DNA of 64,000 nucleotides from Felis catus (taxonomy: Eukaryota), in the NCBI RefSeq assembly GCF_018350175.1, contig NC_058383.1:2790001-2854000 (forward strand), read 5' to 3'. The position numbers and the translations under genes were made by a program. Position 1 is the first letter of the stretch, and the number at the start of each line of letters is the position of its first letter. Positions 13,415-24,966 of the stretch are shown in pieces. Under the pieces are notes generated by a model. That model did no database searches. It had not been told where the DNA came from and worked only from the letters and a program-made list of their open reading frames with translations.

Positions 13415-14699
13415 CTTCATATATCCCATGTTTATGGCATTTTTTAATGTAGCACAGTAATGAACATTCATGCTGTTGGTGGTGTATAGGTGAAGTGCCC
13501 CAATAATAGTAAGTTTGGTTTGGGATGGGGTAACTTATTTTGAGTCAATCCGTATATAATGGATCAAAGGGAAAGAGAGACCCCAGACCAGCAGGTGACA
13601 TGATCTAAAAGCGGTAATAGGATGACTATGCCACAAAGGAAGAACTGGTTGTTTGGCAGTGATCTCAGAATCAAAAACTTTTTTTGTCGTTGTCTGTTGA
13701 GCATTATCTTTTGAAGAAGGATTGATCTATTAGAGACGGCATTCTAGGGCAGGCATATACTCATAGTAGAATACATACATGGTACCAGACTTCAAACACG
13801 AGCAAATAACTTCTTTGTCATGATTCCATTCTCCTGGGTGCTCATCCGATATTACTCGTTCTCCAGTGTAAGTCACCAGTGAGGACTGATGATGGTGATC
13901 AGAAGTATTCAGTGTTCTCCCTTTCTGGCAGTTTTTCATTGTCTTGTAAATGACTAATAACGTTGAGACCATGTCACTTTGCTTTTATAGAATTGATTGC
14001 CTTTCACTTTGTTAGTCCTGTTTGTTTAAGGTATTTTTCCTGAGTCTGATCGCTTCTAGAATTGGGCAAAGGTCTCTGGGCCATAAGACTGAGGATCTTA
14101 TCCTCACTTGCTGCTGTGTGTGGCATTTGGGTGTGGCCAGCTAGCCTTTTCTTAGTGATGTCTCAGCTGTTTCCTCTATGCTTGCCAAACACGTTATGCT
14201 AATTTTGCTCCATTTTATAATGCTAAACTTTTTACCTGTTTGTTTATTCACTTCTCACAGTTAATCATGCTTGTAGAAGTTTGCTTGAATCTTTAAAAAA
14301 TTAGACCATTAGAATAATCAATTTTTCCCCTGTTAAAAGTGAAAGAACAGTTTTGCTTCTGAGGAAGTTGGCTTCAGTTGGTTTTTAGTTTGGGCTTGAT
14401 GTTAAGAGTTACAATAAACACAATTAGTGACATCTGGTTGCTGCAAGGATCAATAATGTCTGATACATAGATATCTATTGTGTATTAATATACCTTAGTT
14501 TCCTTGGATAAACTGAAAGCTGCTTGGTAACTGCCTAAACAGCAGTTATTCTAAGAGTCTGTTGCCATTGGTTTTAATGGGGTAGTCTTGTACTTTCATG
14601 GACTGCTTAATCTTAAAAACCAGATGGTAGTTGTAGCACAATTTCATAAAGATTTTATGTCCTGTGTTGTGCTATCAGCGAAAAGCATGAGAATTTATT

Positions 14700-15710
14700 A
14701 ACTGGGAAAGTTAAACATTACCCTATCTCAATGAGAAAACAAGCATATAAATTAGAATAAAAATTGATGAATCATTTTATTTACCTAATAATTTACTGTC
14801 ATTACTCAAAAGGAACACAAGGTGGCAAGTAGAGAATAATGGACCTTTGCACTATTGTGTTTTATGAAGAGAAAAAGGGAGACAAGTCATGGAAAATAGT
14901 GCAAAATAACATAATTATAAATCCAAGTATTAGTGATTACAATAAATGTAAGTAGACTAGATGATTCAGTTAAAAGACAAAGTTTCTCAGATTGGATTAA
15001 AAAAACCCCAAAATTCAATGGAGATGCTAAGTTTACAAGAAGCATAACTAAAACATAAGCAAACAGAAAAGAAAATCCACAAAATTATATTTCAGCTTAT
15101 TCTAATCCTAAGAAAGATGGAGAGAATGGTAAAAGGCATTAGTAGAGATGAAATCTCTACACAGTGGTAAAATGTTCACTTTATCAGCTATAAGAACTTA
15201 GGTACCTAGTAACATTGCTGCAAATTATATAAATAAAATATACAGAAACACGAAAAAAGCCAAATTCCCACTCCTGGGGGAACTTAACACACCTTTCTGA
15301 ATATAGCAGACAGAAAATTCAGAAAGATGTAGGTGATTTAAAGATCATGAATAACAAGTTTGACCTAATAGGCATACATAAAACATTACACTTACTGTAT
15401 AACTGATTTTTCCAAGCACATATGGAACATTTGACATTGGTTATGTATAAACTGTAAAGCAAGTCTCAACAAATGTTTGAAATCTTAGATTATGTTGCCT
15501 AACTATAGTGGAATTACGCTGAGAATAATCAAAAGATAAGAAGTAAACCCATATGCCTAAAAATTAAGGAATATACTTGAAAACATCTTATAAATTAATG
15601 AAGTTTTAAAAAACACTGGAAGGATGAAAAATTGTCATTTAAAAACCAAAAAAAACACCCCAAGATAACAACAAAACAAACCCAACTCACTGTGCTGCTG
15701 AACATAGTAA
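14700..15710 (+). mobile_element. Ancient L1M fragment (ORF2 endonuclease region)
   Basis: gattacaataaatgtaagtagacta...gttaaaagacaaagtttctcagattggatt and aacaagtttgacctaataggcatac resemble degenerate L1 endonuclease-domain DNA. Confidence 0.75.
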
Positions 15711-15939
15711 CTAAAAACTGTCAGTTTTTGAGTATGTTTATCTTAATGACTAAATATTTGATATTTCTATATTTCGGAGAGCCTCCAATATTTTTGAAAA
15801 TTTTCTTTTCCCTGGATGATCTTAAGTTGGATTAGAAAAGTAAGTCTCTGAGCCAATGGGGAGAAACTCCTTCCTGCTGGTGGTAAGAGGGTGTGTCATG
15901 ACTAGGAAGCCTGTGGATTTATTAGAAACAGGACATGTA

Positions 15940-16153
15940 GGGGCACCTGGGTGGCTCAGTCGTTTAAGCATCCAACTTTGGCTCAGGTCGTGATCTTGCT
16001 GTTTGTGAGTTTGAGCCCGGCCTCAGGCTCTGTATTCAAAACGCAGAGCCTGGAGCCTGCTTTGGATTCTGTCTCCCTCTGTCTTTCTCTGCCCCTCCCC
16101 CACTAGTGCTTTGTCTCTTTCAAAAATAAATGTTAAAAAGAAAATTAAAAAAA
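15940..16153 (+). mobile_element. CAN-SINE
   Basis: Head ggggcacctgggtggctcagtcg. TSD caggacatgta on both sides. Confidence 0.96.
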
Positions 16154-17143
16154 CCCAGGACATGTATATATACGCTGGTTTTCATTCATTGTCTGTGTCC
16201 CCTCTTTTTATTTACCTTGAACTGGAAGACCTACTGAGCCTATAGTGTGGTTCAGACAGGCTGTAGTAAATTATTTCTACTTCTGTATTTAAATAATGGT
16301 AACAGAGGCACGTTGAGGCTGTCAAATATACACAGGTTTGGGATTTAACTACCCTTTCTCATTTCCATTTCTGAGGAAAAAAGAGACTTTTTCACATGGC
16401 TACGTGTTGTTGGTCATCTAGAGAAATCTACCCACCACCCCCTCCTGCTTTTTCCTTTTCCAAGGTTTGAGTAGCATGAAAAGATTCAGGCATTCCCTGC
16501 TTCTTGTAAGGAAATGAATTACAAGCCTGTGTTTTTAAAGAGTGAGAATCTAAATTAGAACAGACCCCAGGTTGAAGAAGAGATTTGTCATGTCATGGAT
16601 GCAGGAACATGTATATATGGGAATACAGTATTTTGTTGGACTAGAGAGCCTCTGCCTTAAAGAAAAAGTGTAGAAAGGTGTATTAAGTGTCCGGTAGATA
16701 TGTGTGTTTCTGGTGATGAGGTCCCATTGGCTCATTAGTTTTTTAAAAATTTTCCAGGTTGTCCCAATGTATAGTTTCTTTTCCTGAGGCAGTCTCTCTA
16801 ACTTGTTTCCTGTTACTGTCATTGCTACCTTTTTTGAGTAGAGGCAGGGTATGTAAGTGATGTAAATGATAGCATGGAAAAACTCAAGAACTATTAAGTA
16901 GATTATATCCTTTTTTTTTTTTTTTCTTCATTTTAAAGTGCCTTACTTAATCCTGGGTCACTACTTAGAAAATTTAATGGCTCTCTTTCATTTTGGCATT
17001 ATTTTGAAACTTGATGACATTTAGAATAAAAATTCATATAAACTTCATATTTGGATTTATAAAATATAAGGAATATGATCCTTGTTTTTTTAAATAACTA
17101 TAACATAAAGAAAATAACTGAGGTAAAAGTTACATTTATACTT

Positions 17144-17333
17144 AAAAAAAAAACAAAACTTTTTAAAGTTTATTTCTTTTCAAAGAGAGACCGTTTGAGA
17201 GAGTGTCAGAGAGAGGAGACAGAATCCCAAGCAATGAAGAGCCCAATGTGGGGCTTGGACTCAAGAAACTGTTAAGTCATGACCTGAGCTGAAACCAAGA
17301 GTTGGATGCTTAAGCTGAGCCACTAGGTGCCCC
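17144..17333 (-). mobile_element. CAN-SINE (older subfamily)
   Basis: TSD acatttatactt at 17132-17143 and 17334-17345. Confidence 0.92.
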
Positions 17334-17699
17334 ACATTTATACTTGTTACAATTAACTCATATTCTATGTTTCTACTCTTGGTAAAATTCAAAAAAATAT
17401 TAGTTGTGCCCTGTATAGTTTCCTTAAGGGTTCACCCCAAAATTGCCTATTTCTGCATGCCCAGTAGGACTGCCCACCAATTCCCAGACCTGTGATAAAT
17501 GATATTTCCACCGTGTCATGAACAGAAAGCACAATAACTGGATTAACACAGACCATGAGAATCATAGCTACAGGGGTTGTGTTTGTCGTTATTGGGTGAA
17601 GGACAATTCACCGTGGATTCCATACAAATGGTGGTTAGAGGAAGCAGTGTGATGTACTTGGGCAGGTGTGTTGTGTCGTCTTGCATGGGGTGTGTTTTC

Positions 17700-17830
17700 C
17701 CTATGGCACCTCGTATAGTCCTTATGATTCCATGAGGTTGGAGATGGGAAACCAGGCCACAGTGAGGTCGACCGACTTCTTCAAGTAATACATGTCATGG
17801 TAGAACTGGGCTTCGAATGAATATTTTAGA
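17700..17830 (-). mobile_element. MIR fragment
   Basis: agatgggaaaccaggccacagtgaggt...ggtagaactgggcttcgaa. Confidence 0.6.
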
Positions 17831-18462
17831 CTTCTATCTATTTCATCAAGATGTAGATGATTTTTTAAGACAAAAAACCAGGACTGTGGACAAACCAGGC
17901 CAATATGACTTGATTTTAGGCCTTAAGTTTATGTCTGGAAAATTGAATATAAGGAAAAGGCTGTTTTTGAAATACTGTTTTTCATTGGTACTGATGATCA
18001 TCCTAGAAATTAATTTTCTGGGAAAAATGTTGATAAAAGCAACATCATAAAAGTTAAATTTAACAGTCTTCATATTTTATTGCAAGAACATATTTAGTCA
18101 TTTAATGCTTTAATAGCTCCTGAAAAAAATTAAGTCAGATGATCAGTCTATTTTTTTCATGTATATCAGAGTCGCACAATTATTAAATCACATACAGTTA
18201 ATTACATTTCATTGGGAATTCATATCGACTTTATAAGTCTGGAGTAGACTGTTTAAATAACCCTGCTAGCTAAGGCATTAACCCTTGGCCTTATTAAAAA
18301 TATACCCCGAAGGATAAGGGCAAAATATGATTGACTCTGCTATGCTTAAATGAAATAGAATGAAGCAAAGTTAAACAAGGAAACTATTGGACTGTGTTTA
18401 TTTGACTGTGTAAAAGAATTCTTGCTGCTGTGCTTAAAAATAAACCACCAGACAACAATGTA

Positions 18463-18977
18463 GAGATCTTTTTCAACTTAGGAAAAAGCCCATGTAAGTT
18501 GAAAGTATCATTTAAGTCCTGATAAGCCCATGTAAGTTGAAAATATCATTAAGTCAAGAATGTATTTAATACACCTACCCTATCAAAGGTCCTAGCTCAG
18601 CCTAGCCTTCCTTAATGGCGCTCAGAACACTTATGTTGGGCAAAATCATCTAACAAAAAGCCAGTTTTATAATAAGGTGCTGAGTATCCCATGGATCCCA
18701 ACGGTATCATCGGATACCGTTCTGAAGGTGGAAAATGGTTGCGTGGGTACAGAATGATTTTAAGTGTATCAATCCTTTACGCTCATCATGGTGCTGCTGA
18801 TGGGGAGCTGCCGCCTGCTGCCCGGAGTCACGGGAGAGAATCCTACTGCAATCGCTAGCCTGATGAAAGAGCAAAATGGAGAATTAGAGGTGTGTTTTGT
18901 ACTGAATGCGTAGGGCTCTGAACCATCGTAAAGTTGAAAAATCCTAAGTTAAGCGATCCTAAGTCAGGAACCGTTTG
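18463..18977 (+). mobile_element. MER47/Tigger5-family non-autonomous TcMar DNA transposon
   Basis: aagttgaaaatatcattaagtc...cctagccttccttaa..gctcagaacactta..gttgggcaaaatcatctaaca... ends taagtcaggaaccgtttg followed by TA. Confidence 0.85.
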
Positions 18978-19203
18978 TATGTGTAAGTGGTCTACTTTCT
19001 AATCATATAAGTAAGTCTTGATTTATTTTCTCATTTTCTTTGATTAAACTGGAATGGGACCTGTCTGGCCACAGCTATTACTTTTGAGTCATGTTAGGTG
19101 ATAATTTCACTGATAATATTGATATGCAGCTAAGTTTTTTTAAAAAAAATGTAACAAGATTTCAGAATATCTCCTATCTAAAATTTGATCATGAAAAATA
19201 AAA

Positions 19204-19436
19204 TTTTTTTTAATGTTTATTCTTGAGACAGAGCATGAGTGGGGGAGGGGCAGAGAGAGAAAGAGAGAGTGGGGAGGGGCGGAGAGAGGGAGGGAGGGAG
19301 AGGGAGACACAGAATCCGAAGCAGGCTCCAGGCTCTGAGCTGTCAGCACAGACCTGATATGGGGCTCGAACTCAGAAACTGTGAGATCATGACCTGAGCC
19401 GAAGTAAGACGGTCAGCTGAGCCACCCCGGTGCCCC
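19204..19436 (-). mobile_element. CAN-SINE (SINEC_Fc) with internal duplication
   Basis: Canonical body in which the gagtggggg(g)aggggc.gagagag segment occurs twice. Confidence 0.95.
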
Positions 19437-20764
19437 AGCTTTGTTGAAATAGAAATGAGTCGTCATTCACATAGGTAATGGAGTTACTTTTAAAATATAG
19501 AGCTCTGTTGGTAAAAATGTACCATTTGTCATTTGTACGTTTTAGTCCCAACACATCTTCTGTCTCCAGTCAGGTTCCTCTTCTGTTCTCTGCATCCAGT
19601 CTTGCCCATTCTTCTCATTGTGCAGGTGCCTTTCATAGGAGAAAGAGAAGCTGCTGGTGGGCATATCCTCATTTTCCTACCTACCTGTCCTCAAGTTGAT
19701 TCATTGAGGCCACTGTCCTCACTGTTGATACTTTAAAAGTTAGAAACTATCTCCTGAATTAAATTCGTCATGTCCAAATTCATCATCCGTTAAATCTGTT
19801 GTATGCCTTCCATATTACCTTCACATGTTGAAGAATGGCAGGGCATAGACCTTTGCAGAACATTGCCAGAGTCATCCTTTAGAGGGTATTTGATCGAATA
19901 ATTAATTCTCTTTCTGTCTGGTTCTGCAAAGTTAAAAATCACACTGTTGTCCCAACGTTCACAGCATTTCTTCACCCTGCCCTTGCCTCCCCATTCCTCA
20001 CGAGCACTGCACTGTGTGAGTAGGACACCGCATAGCCCTTACAGAGGGCGGTTCCTGATGACTAACGCTGCTGAAAAAGGGAGTTCATGACCTTGTAGAG
20101 TAGGAACCCCCATGTCAGTCCCATTGAGTTTTACAAACGTACTCCGTAAAGATCTTCTAGGGATTCACAGTCTATCTGGCTGTAGGTTTTGAAAATGGAG
20201 ATAGCGTCATCCTGCGCCTCTTAAATTTTTTAGCCTTTTTTTTTCCTTTGGTGAAACACAGCACAAATAAAGTGTATAAAGCAGATGTGCATTTCAACGC
20301 ACTGTAAAATAAACACCTGTTACTGTTCTTTAAAGATTAAGGCAGGTATTCCTTGAGTTTATCCCCAAATTCCTCTATTTTGATTCAAACATGTTAGGAG
20401 GCTGCCGTTTATTTAAGAGCGTCTGAGATTAACTCCTTGTCTGTTTTCGCCAGTCCTTGGATTTTAGTTTCCTGTTTCTCGTGTTTAGTTTTCTGTATGT
20501 ATTCTGAAGATTATTTTCCTTGACCAAATAAGTAGGTGTAGAGAGTTACCTGTTTTCCAGAATTGTTTGTTACAATGTAATGTAACTAAAGAAACTTTTT
20601 TCATTTTTTTAAAACCTAATTTTATTCTTAGATTCAGTTTCTCGGTGCTAATTTTAGTAGCTATAATTTGCCATTCTTTTATACACATGGTGCCTGTCTT
20701 TTCATCATTTCCTTTAAAAACCTGAGCTCATTAGAAAAATACCTGCTTGGCTACCCTAATCTTT

Positions 20765-20960
20765 AAATTTTTTTTTCTTAATTTTTGAGAGAGTGTGAGC
20801 AGGGGAAGAGCAGAGAGAGAGGGAGACACAGAATCTGAAGCAGGCTCCAGCCCCTGAGCTGGCAGCATAGAGTCCGATGCGGGGCTCGAACTCACGAACC
20901 GTGAGATCACGACCTGAGCCGAAGTTGGCCGCTCAACTGACTGAGCCACCCAGGCGCCCC
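20765..20960 (-). mobile_element. CAN-SINE (SINEC_Fc)
   Basis: TSD ttggctaccctaatcttt / ttggctgccttaatcttt. Confidence 0.96.
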
Positions 20961-22008
20961 ATTGGCTGCCTTAATCTTTTCAAGTATCTCTTCCATTTCT
21001 TTCTCCTTGAAATCATGTGTTTACGTCAGAATTTGATCTTTCACAAACTCTGGCACACCTCTTGTTTTACATGTTTATATTCATGGTCTCAGAGAATGTG
21101 ACATTTTGTTTTTGTGTTTTTTTCCTCTTCACCTCTTTATCAGGCTTTTTCCTCTTGTGTTTTTCTTCTCTGTCCACCTTTGTTTCTCTCCCCCTCTTCC
21201 CTTCTTGTCAGCTACTCTAACTTGAACGTGACAAACACAACAACAAAAGCACAAAATCAAGTTTTTAGACCAATGGCACAAGTGCTAGATAACCTATAGT
21301 GTGACCTTGAGGGACTAAAGAGATAGGCCAACTGATTTTAATGAGTAAAGAGTTAGGAACGTGTTTTAGGATGGTCTGATAGGTCACATACTATTATGTG
21401 ACCACCGAGCATGTCTTCTGCAATGACAGTACTGTCTTGAAAACAAAGATAAACCGTGAACTTTCTGTGCTATTGGAGTTAGGATTTGGGAGTAAGCCTA
21501 TCTTTTCTTCCCCATTCATGCTGAGTTACGTTTAGACGTATTTCTCATTTATATTTGCTTTCAAAAACTATATAGTAACACGGTACAGTATAATAAAACT
21601 TTAAGCCATTAATGATACCTGTAGATTGATGGGTAAGCTTTTCCCATTCATCTCTGAATGAAGTACTAGAAGTGGTGATCTTGGACAGTTTGTTTAGATA
21701 GTAAGTTATTTTTTAAGGAGGGAGAATATCTGGAACCATGAATCTAGTCATTACGGTGTTCTTTCAGGCTTCCAGCAGGAGTTAAGGTATGACTCATGAA
21801 AAGGTTTTTCTATAAAAGTCTCAGAATTAAGTGTTGTCTGGAGTTACTGTGCACCTAGAATTTTCTGTAGGATCGAAGATTGTAGCATTTTTGAGCATTG
21901 AGACTGATTTTGAAAATTAAGCCAATTGATACTCATTCTCTGGAGGACTTGGTTTCTGAGATCTTTATAGGTACCCACACTATAGTAAAAGCAAATTTCC
22001 CCTAGATG

Positions 22009-22213
22009 GGGGCGCCTGGGTGGCTCAGTCGGTTAAGTGTCTGACTTCGGCTCAGGTCGTGATCTCACAGTTCATGGGTCCGTGCCCTGTGTCGGGCTCT
22101 GTGCCGACAGCTCAGAGCCTGGAGCCTGCTTTGGATTCTGTGTCTCACTTTCTCTCTGCGCCCCGCCCTCCCCTCATGCTCTTTCTGTCAAAAATAAATA
22201 AACATTTAAAAAA
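22009..22213 (+). mobile_element. CAN-SINE, monomer 1 of tandem trimer
   Basis: ggggcgcctgggtggctcagtcggttaag ... aaaataaataaacatttaaaaaa. Confidence 0.96.
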
Positions 22214-22221
22214 TGACAGCA

Positions 22222-22420
22222 GGGGTGCCTGGGTGGCTCAGTCAGTGAAGTGTCCAACTTCATGATCTCGTGGTTTATGACTTTGAGCCCTGCGTTGGGC
22301 TCTGTGCCAGCAGACCGCTCAGAACCTGCTTTGGATTCTGTGCCTCCCTCTGTCTCTGCCCATGCCCCCCTCCCTCATGCTCTCTCTCTTTCTCTCAAAA
22401 ATAAATAAACATTAAAAAAA
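22222..22420 (+). mobile_element. CAN-SINE, monomer 2 of tandem trimer
   Basis: ggggtgcctgggtggctcag ... aaaaataaataaacattaaaaaaa. Confidence 0.95.
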
Positions 22421-22425
22421 TATAT

Positions 22426-22637
22426 GGGGCGTCTGGGTGGCTCAGTTGGTTCAGCGTCCGGCTTTGGCTCAGGTCATGATCTCATGGTCCATGAGTTCGA
22501 GCCCCACGTCGGATCTGTGCTGACAGCTCAGAGCCTGGAGCCTGCTTCGGATTCTGTGTCTCCCTTTCTCTCTGCCCTTCCCCTGCTTGTGCTCTGTCCC
22601 TCTCTGTCCCTTAAAAATAAATGTGAAAAAAAAATTA
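22426..22637 (+). mobile_element. CAN-SINE, monomer 3 of tandem trimer
   Basis: ggggcgtctgggtggctcag ... aaaaataaatgtgaaaaaaaaa. Confidence 0.96.
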
Positions 22638-23011
22638 AAATTCATTCTAGATGGAGCCAAAATGTGATGGATCTTTAAGCATTTAATAAAAGGATTAAAC
22701 ATTTAACGAATAAATTTTTCTTTCCAGCTGCAAATAAGGACTAAATAATGATTGATGTAGATAAGAATATGGTACACTCATTTCTAAGGCACAGTGTGTA
22801 ACAGTACAGTTTTCCCCAGAAACTTCTAAATCAGAGCCCCGGTTTTCAGACTGATCTCGGGAGTTCAGGAGTTACAGGAGTTTTCTCAGGCATCACCTGG
22901 TGGGGGAAGGAATATAGGTAAGCATGTGTGTTAGGGGGTCAACCTTGTTCCTCTGGTTTGCAGCTCTGGTTTTCTCTTATTTATTTGGTTCTATATAAAA
23001 ATGTAAGATTT

Positions 23012-23220
23012 TTATTAAATTTTTTTTAAGGTTTATTTTTGAGAGAGAGAGCGCAAGTGGGGGAGGAGCAGAGGGAGAGGGAGAGACAAAATCCAAAGCA
23101 GGCTGTAGGCTCTGTGCTGTCAGCACAGAGCCCGACAAGGAGCTCAAACCCACGGACCAGTGAGATCATGACCTGAGCCGAAGTCGGATGCTTAATCGAC
23201 TGAGCCACCCAGGCGTCCCC
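23012..23220 (-). mobile_element. CAN-SINE
   Basis: TSD aatgtaagattt at 23000-23011 and 23223-23234. Confidence 0.96.
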
Positions 23221-24966
23221 ACAATGTAAGATTTAAAGAAAGGTTTGCTTTTGTAAAAAAGAAAAGTTGAAAAGTTAGTCTAGTGGGCTTTGGCATCTAT
23301 AACTTTCTGCCTAGAATGGCTTTTCTCCTGTCTTCCGGTTCTTCTTGCACAGCTGCCTTTTATCCCACCCTGTGCGCAGGCCTGAGTGCAGCAGTCTGCT
23401 GGAAGCTGTCCGTTACCGTGCCGCTTAGGTTTTCCCCCATCACAGAACTCATTTTGGAGACACACTGAGTTCAAGGGATGGGCGTGGGACCCACCAGGTA
23501 TTGGGTGTCCCATTTAGTAATTCTCTGCAGGTTCCAAGGGAAGACAGCCTTTCTTCGTGGATTGCCGCTGGTGCACAGGCTGCTGAGTGGCCTCCCTCTG
23601 GGCTGTGTGGGAGAGCTACTGGATGGAGGGAGCACCACCAGGGGGCACGAGCCTTCATGCCACTTGGGAAAATGTGGGTCTCGCCCAGGCAAAGGCCTTT
23701 CACTCGAGGGTCGTTGACGAGGACCGTGCGTGTGCGCATGCTTGCTCACTATGTGGTGTTTTTTCCACAGAGAATTAACAAGTAGGAGCTATACTGTTGG
23801 CCATAGTTAAAAGAATTAGAGTCTAGGCTTATAGTTTTTAACTTTAAAATTATTTTGTTTGGCTTGTTTGTGATAAGTTTATTTTGCACCTGGCCAGGAA
23901 TACTTTGAAATAAAACATTTTGAATACCTTCTTGAAAAGTCTGTTCTTAGAACAGGATTACTATGTGGTCTGTTAGTACTGCTGACGTTATTTATACCCC
24001 AGAGGATTTGGGGCTCGCGGTTTGAAATATCTCCAGGACGCGAGAGCAGATGTGCCAGTTCCTGACCAGTTCTTGCCCCCACTGTTGCCTTTACGGCCTT
24101 ACTTTCAGGAGTTGAGCACTTTCAGGACAGCGTCTTTAGGCTTTGTGGAACTCTTCGGGGATGCTACTGTTGAGGGCATTCTGGAGGTCACTGTAAGAAG
24201 GAATCATATTCAGTAATTAAGCCTTCGAGGTAGGAATTCGTACTGCAGCTGTGACCCTTAGGGTCTTAGGGCAAATTGAGGAGGGTCTTGGTTGGGCTGA
24301 GTGAATTTTGAGGCTTGTGCCTTGCCGCTGGGGTTTTTGTCCTCCTTTATAGCAACACTTTCAAAAAGAAATTTTATAAACAAAATATAATAGCGCTTCG
24401 TACATTTTAAATCTAGTTCTGCCATTCTGCTGTTGACTTCGTAAGCTGTGTGACATTAGGGGCAGGAGGAGAAGCGTTCTTACTCTTCAACAGCCTTGGG
24501 CAATCTTAGACTGCAGGGAGCGCTTGTTAGTATCCAACTACTTCTGTTAGTTTGCTTCTTTACTGTTAAAATATAGACTTCAAGAGGGTTAGAGGTCAAG
24601 TTGGTTCAGCGTTAAGTTTTTCTCCCGCGGAGTACCTGCCAGAGTACACAGTTTGTCGAATGAGTGAATGGAGCTCCTGGGTTAAGGAATTTTCAGTGAT
24701 GGCTGGGGCTGATTGTCATTAGATCAGGTGTTTTAAAAACACTGTTATGCAAATGTGTAGCTCTGGGGTAATCTGTTCAAATGCTAGGTTTATAACCTTA
24801 ATACCTACAGTGTGCACGTGTGTGCCTACACACCCACACCCACTCAACCACCCCCTTAGGGGAAAATTAGGGAGTGTATGTCGAAATACGTTCAAATCGA
24901 TGGAACCAGATCTTTCTTTACATTCTCTTTTAATACTAGACCTTTTTAAATTTATTGACAATCTGC

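Noticed and set aside
13730..13972. 80-aa minus-strand ORF in unique sequence, and CTGATGA at about 13887 as a C box or hammerhead core
   Set aside because: No recognisable protein homology. There is no suitably placed D box with a terminal stem, and the hammerhead stem II and GAAA are absent (GAAG).
19127..19445. 3' transduction by the SINE at 19204-19436
   Set aside because: The only candidate TSD match (agct..gtt) is too short and degenerate to support it.
20050..20085. CTGATGA...GAAA hammerhead ribozyme core
   Set aside because: The intervening bases cannot form stem II and there are no flanking stems I or III.
22805..23285. hAT/Charlie MITE around the SINE at 23012
   Set aside because: The ends only loosely resemble Charlie TIRs, and I could not confirm a family or an 8-bp TSD by eye.
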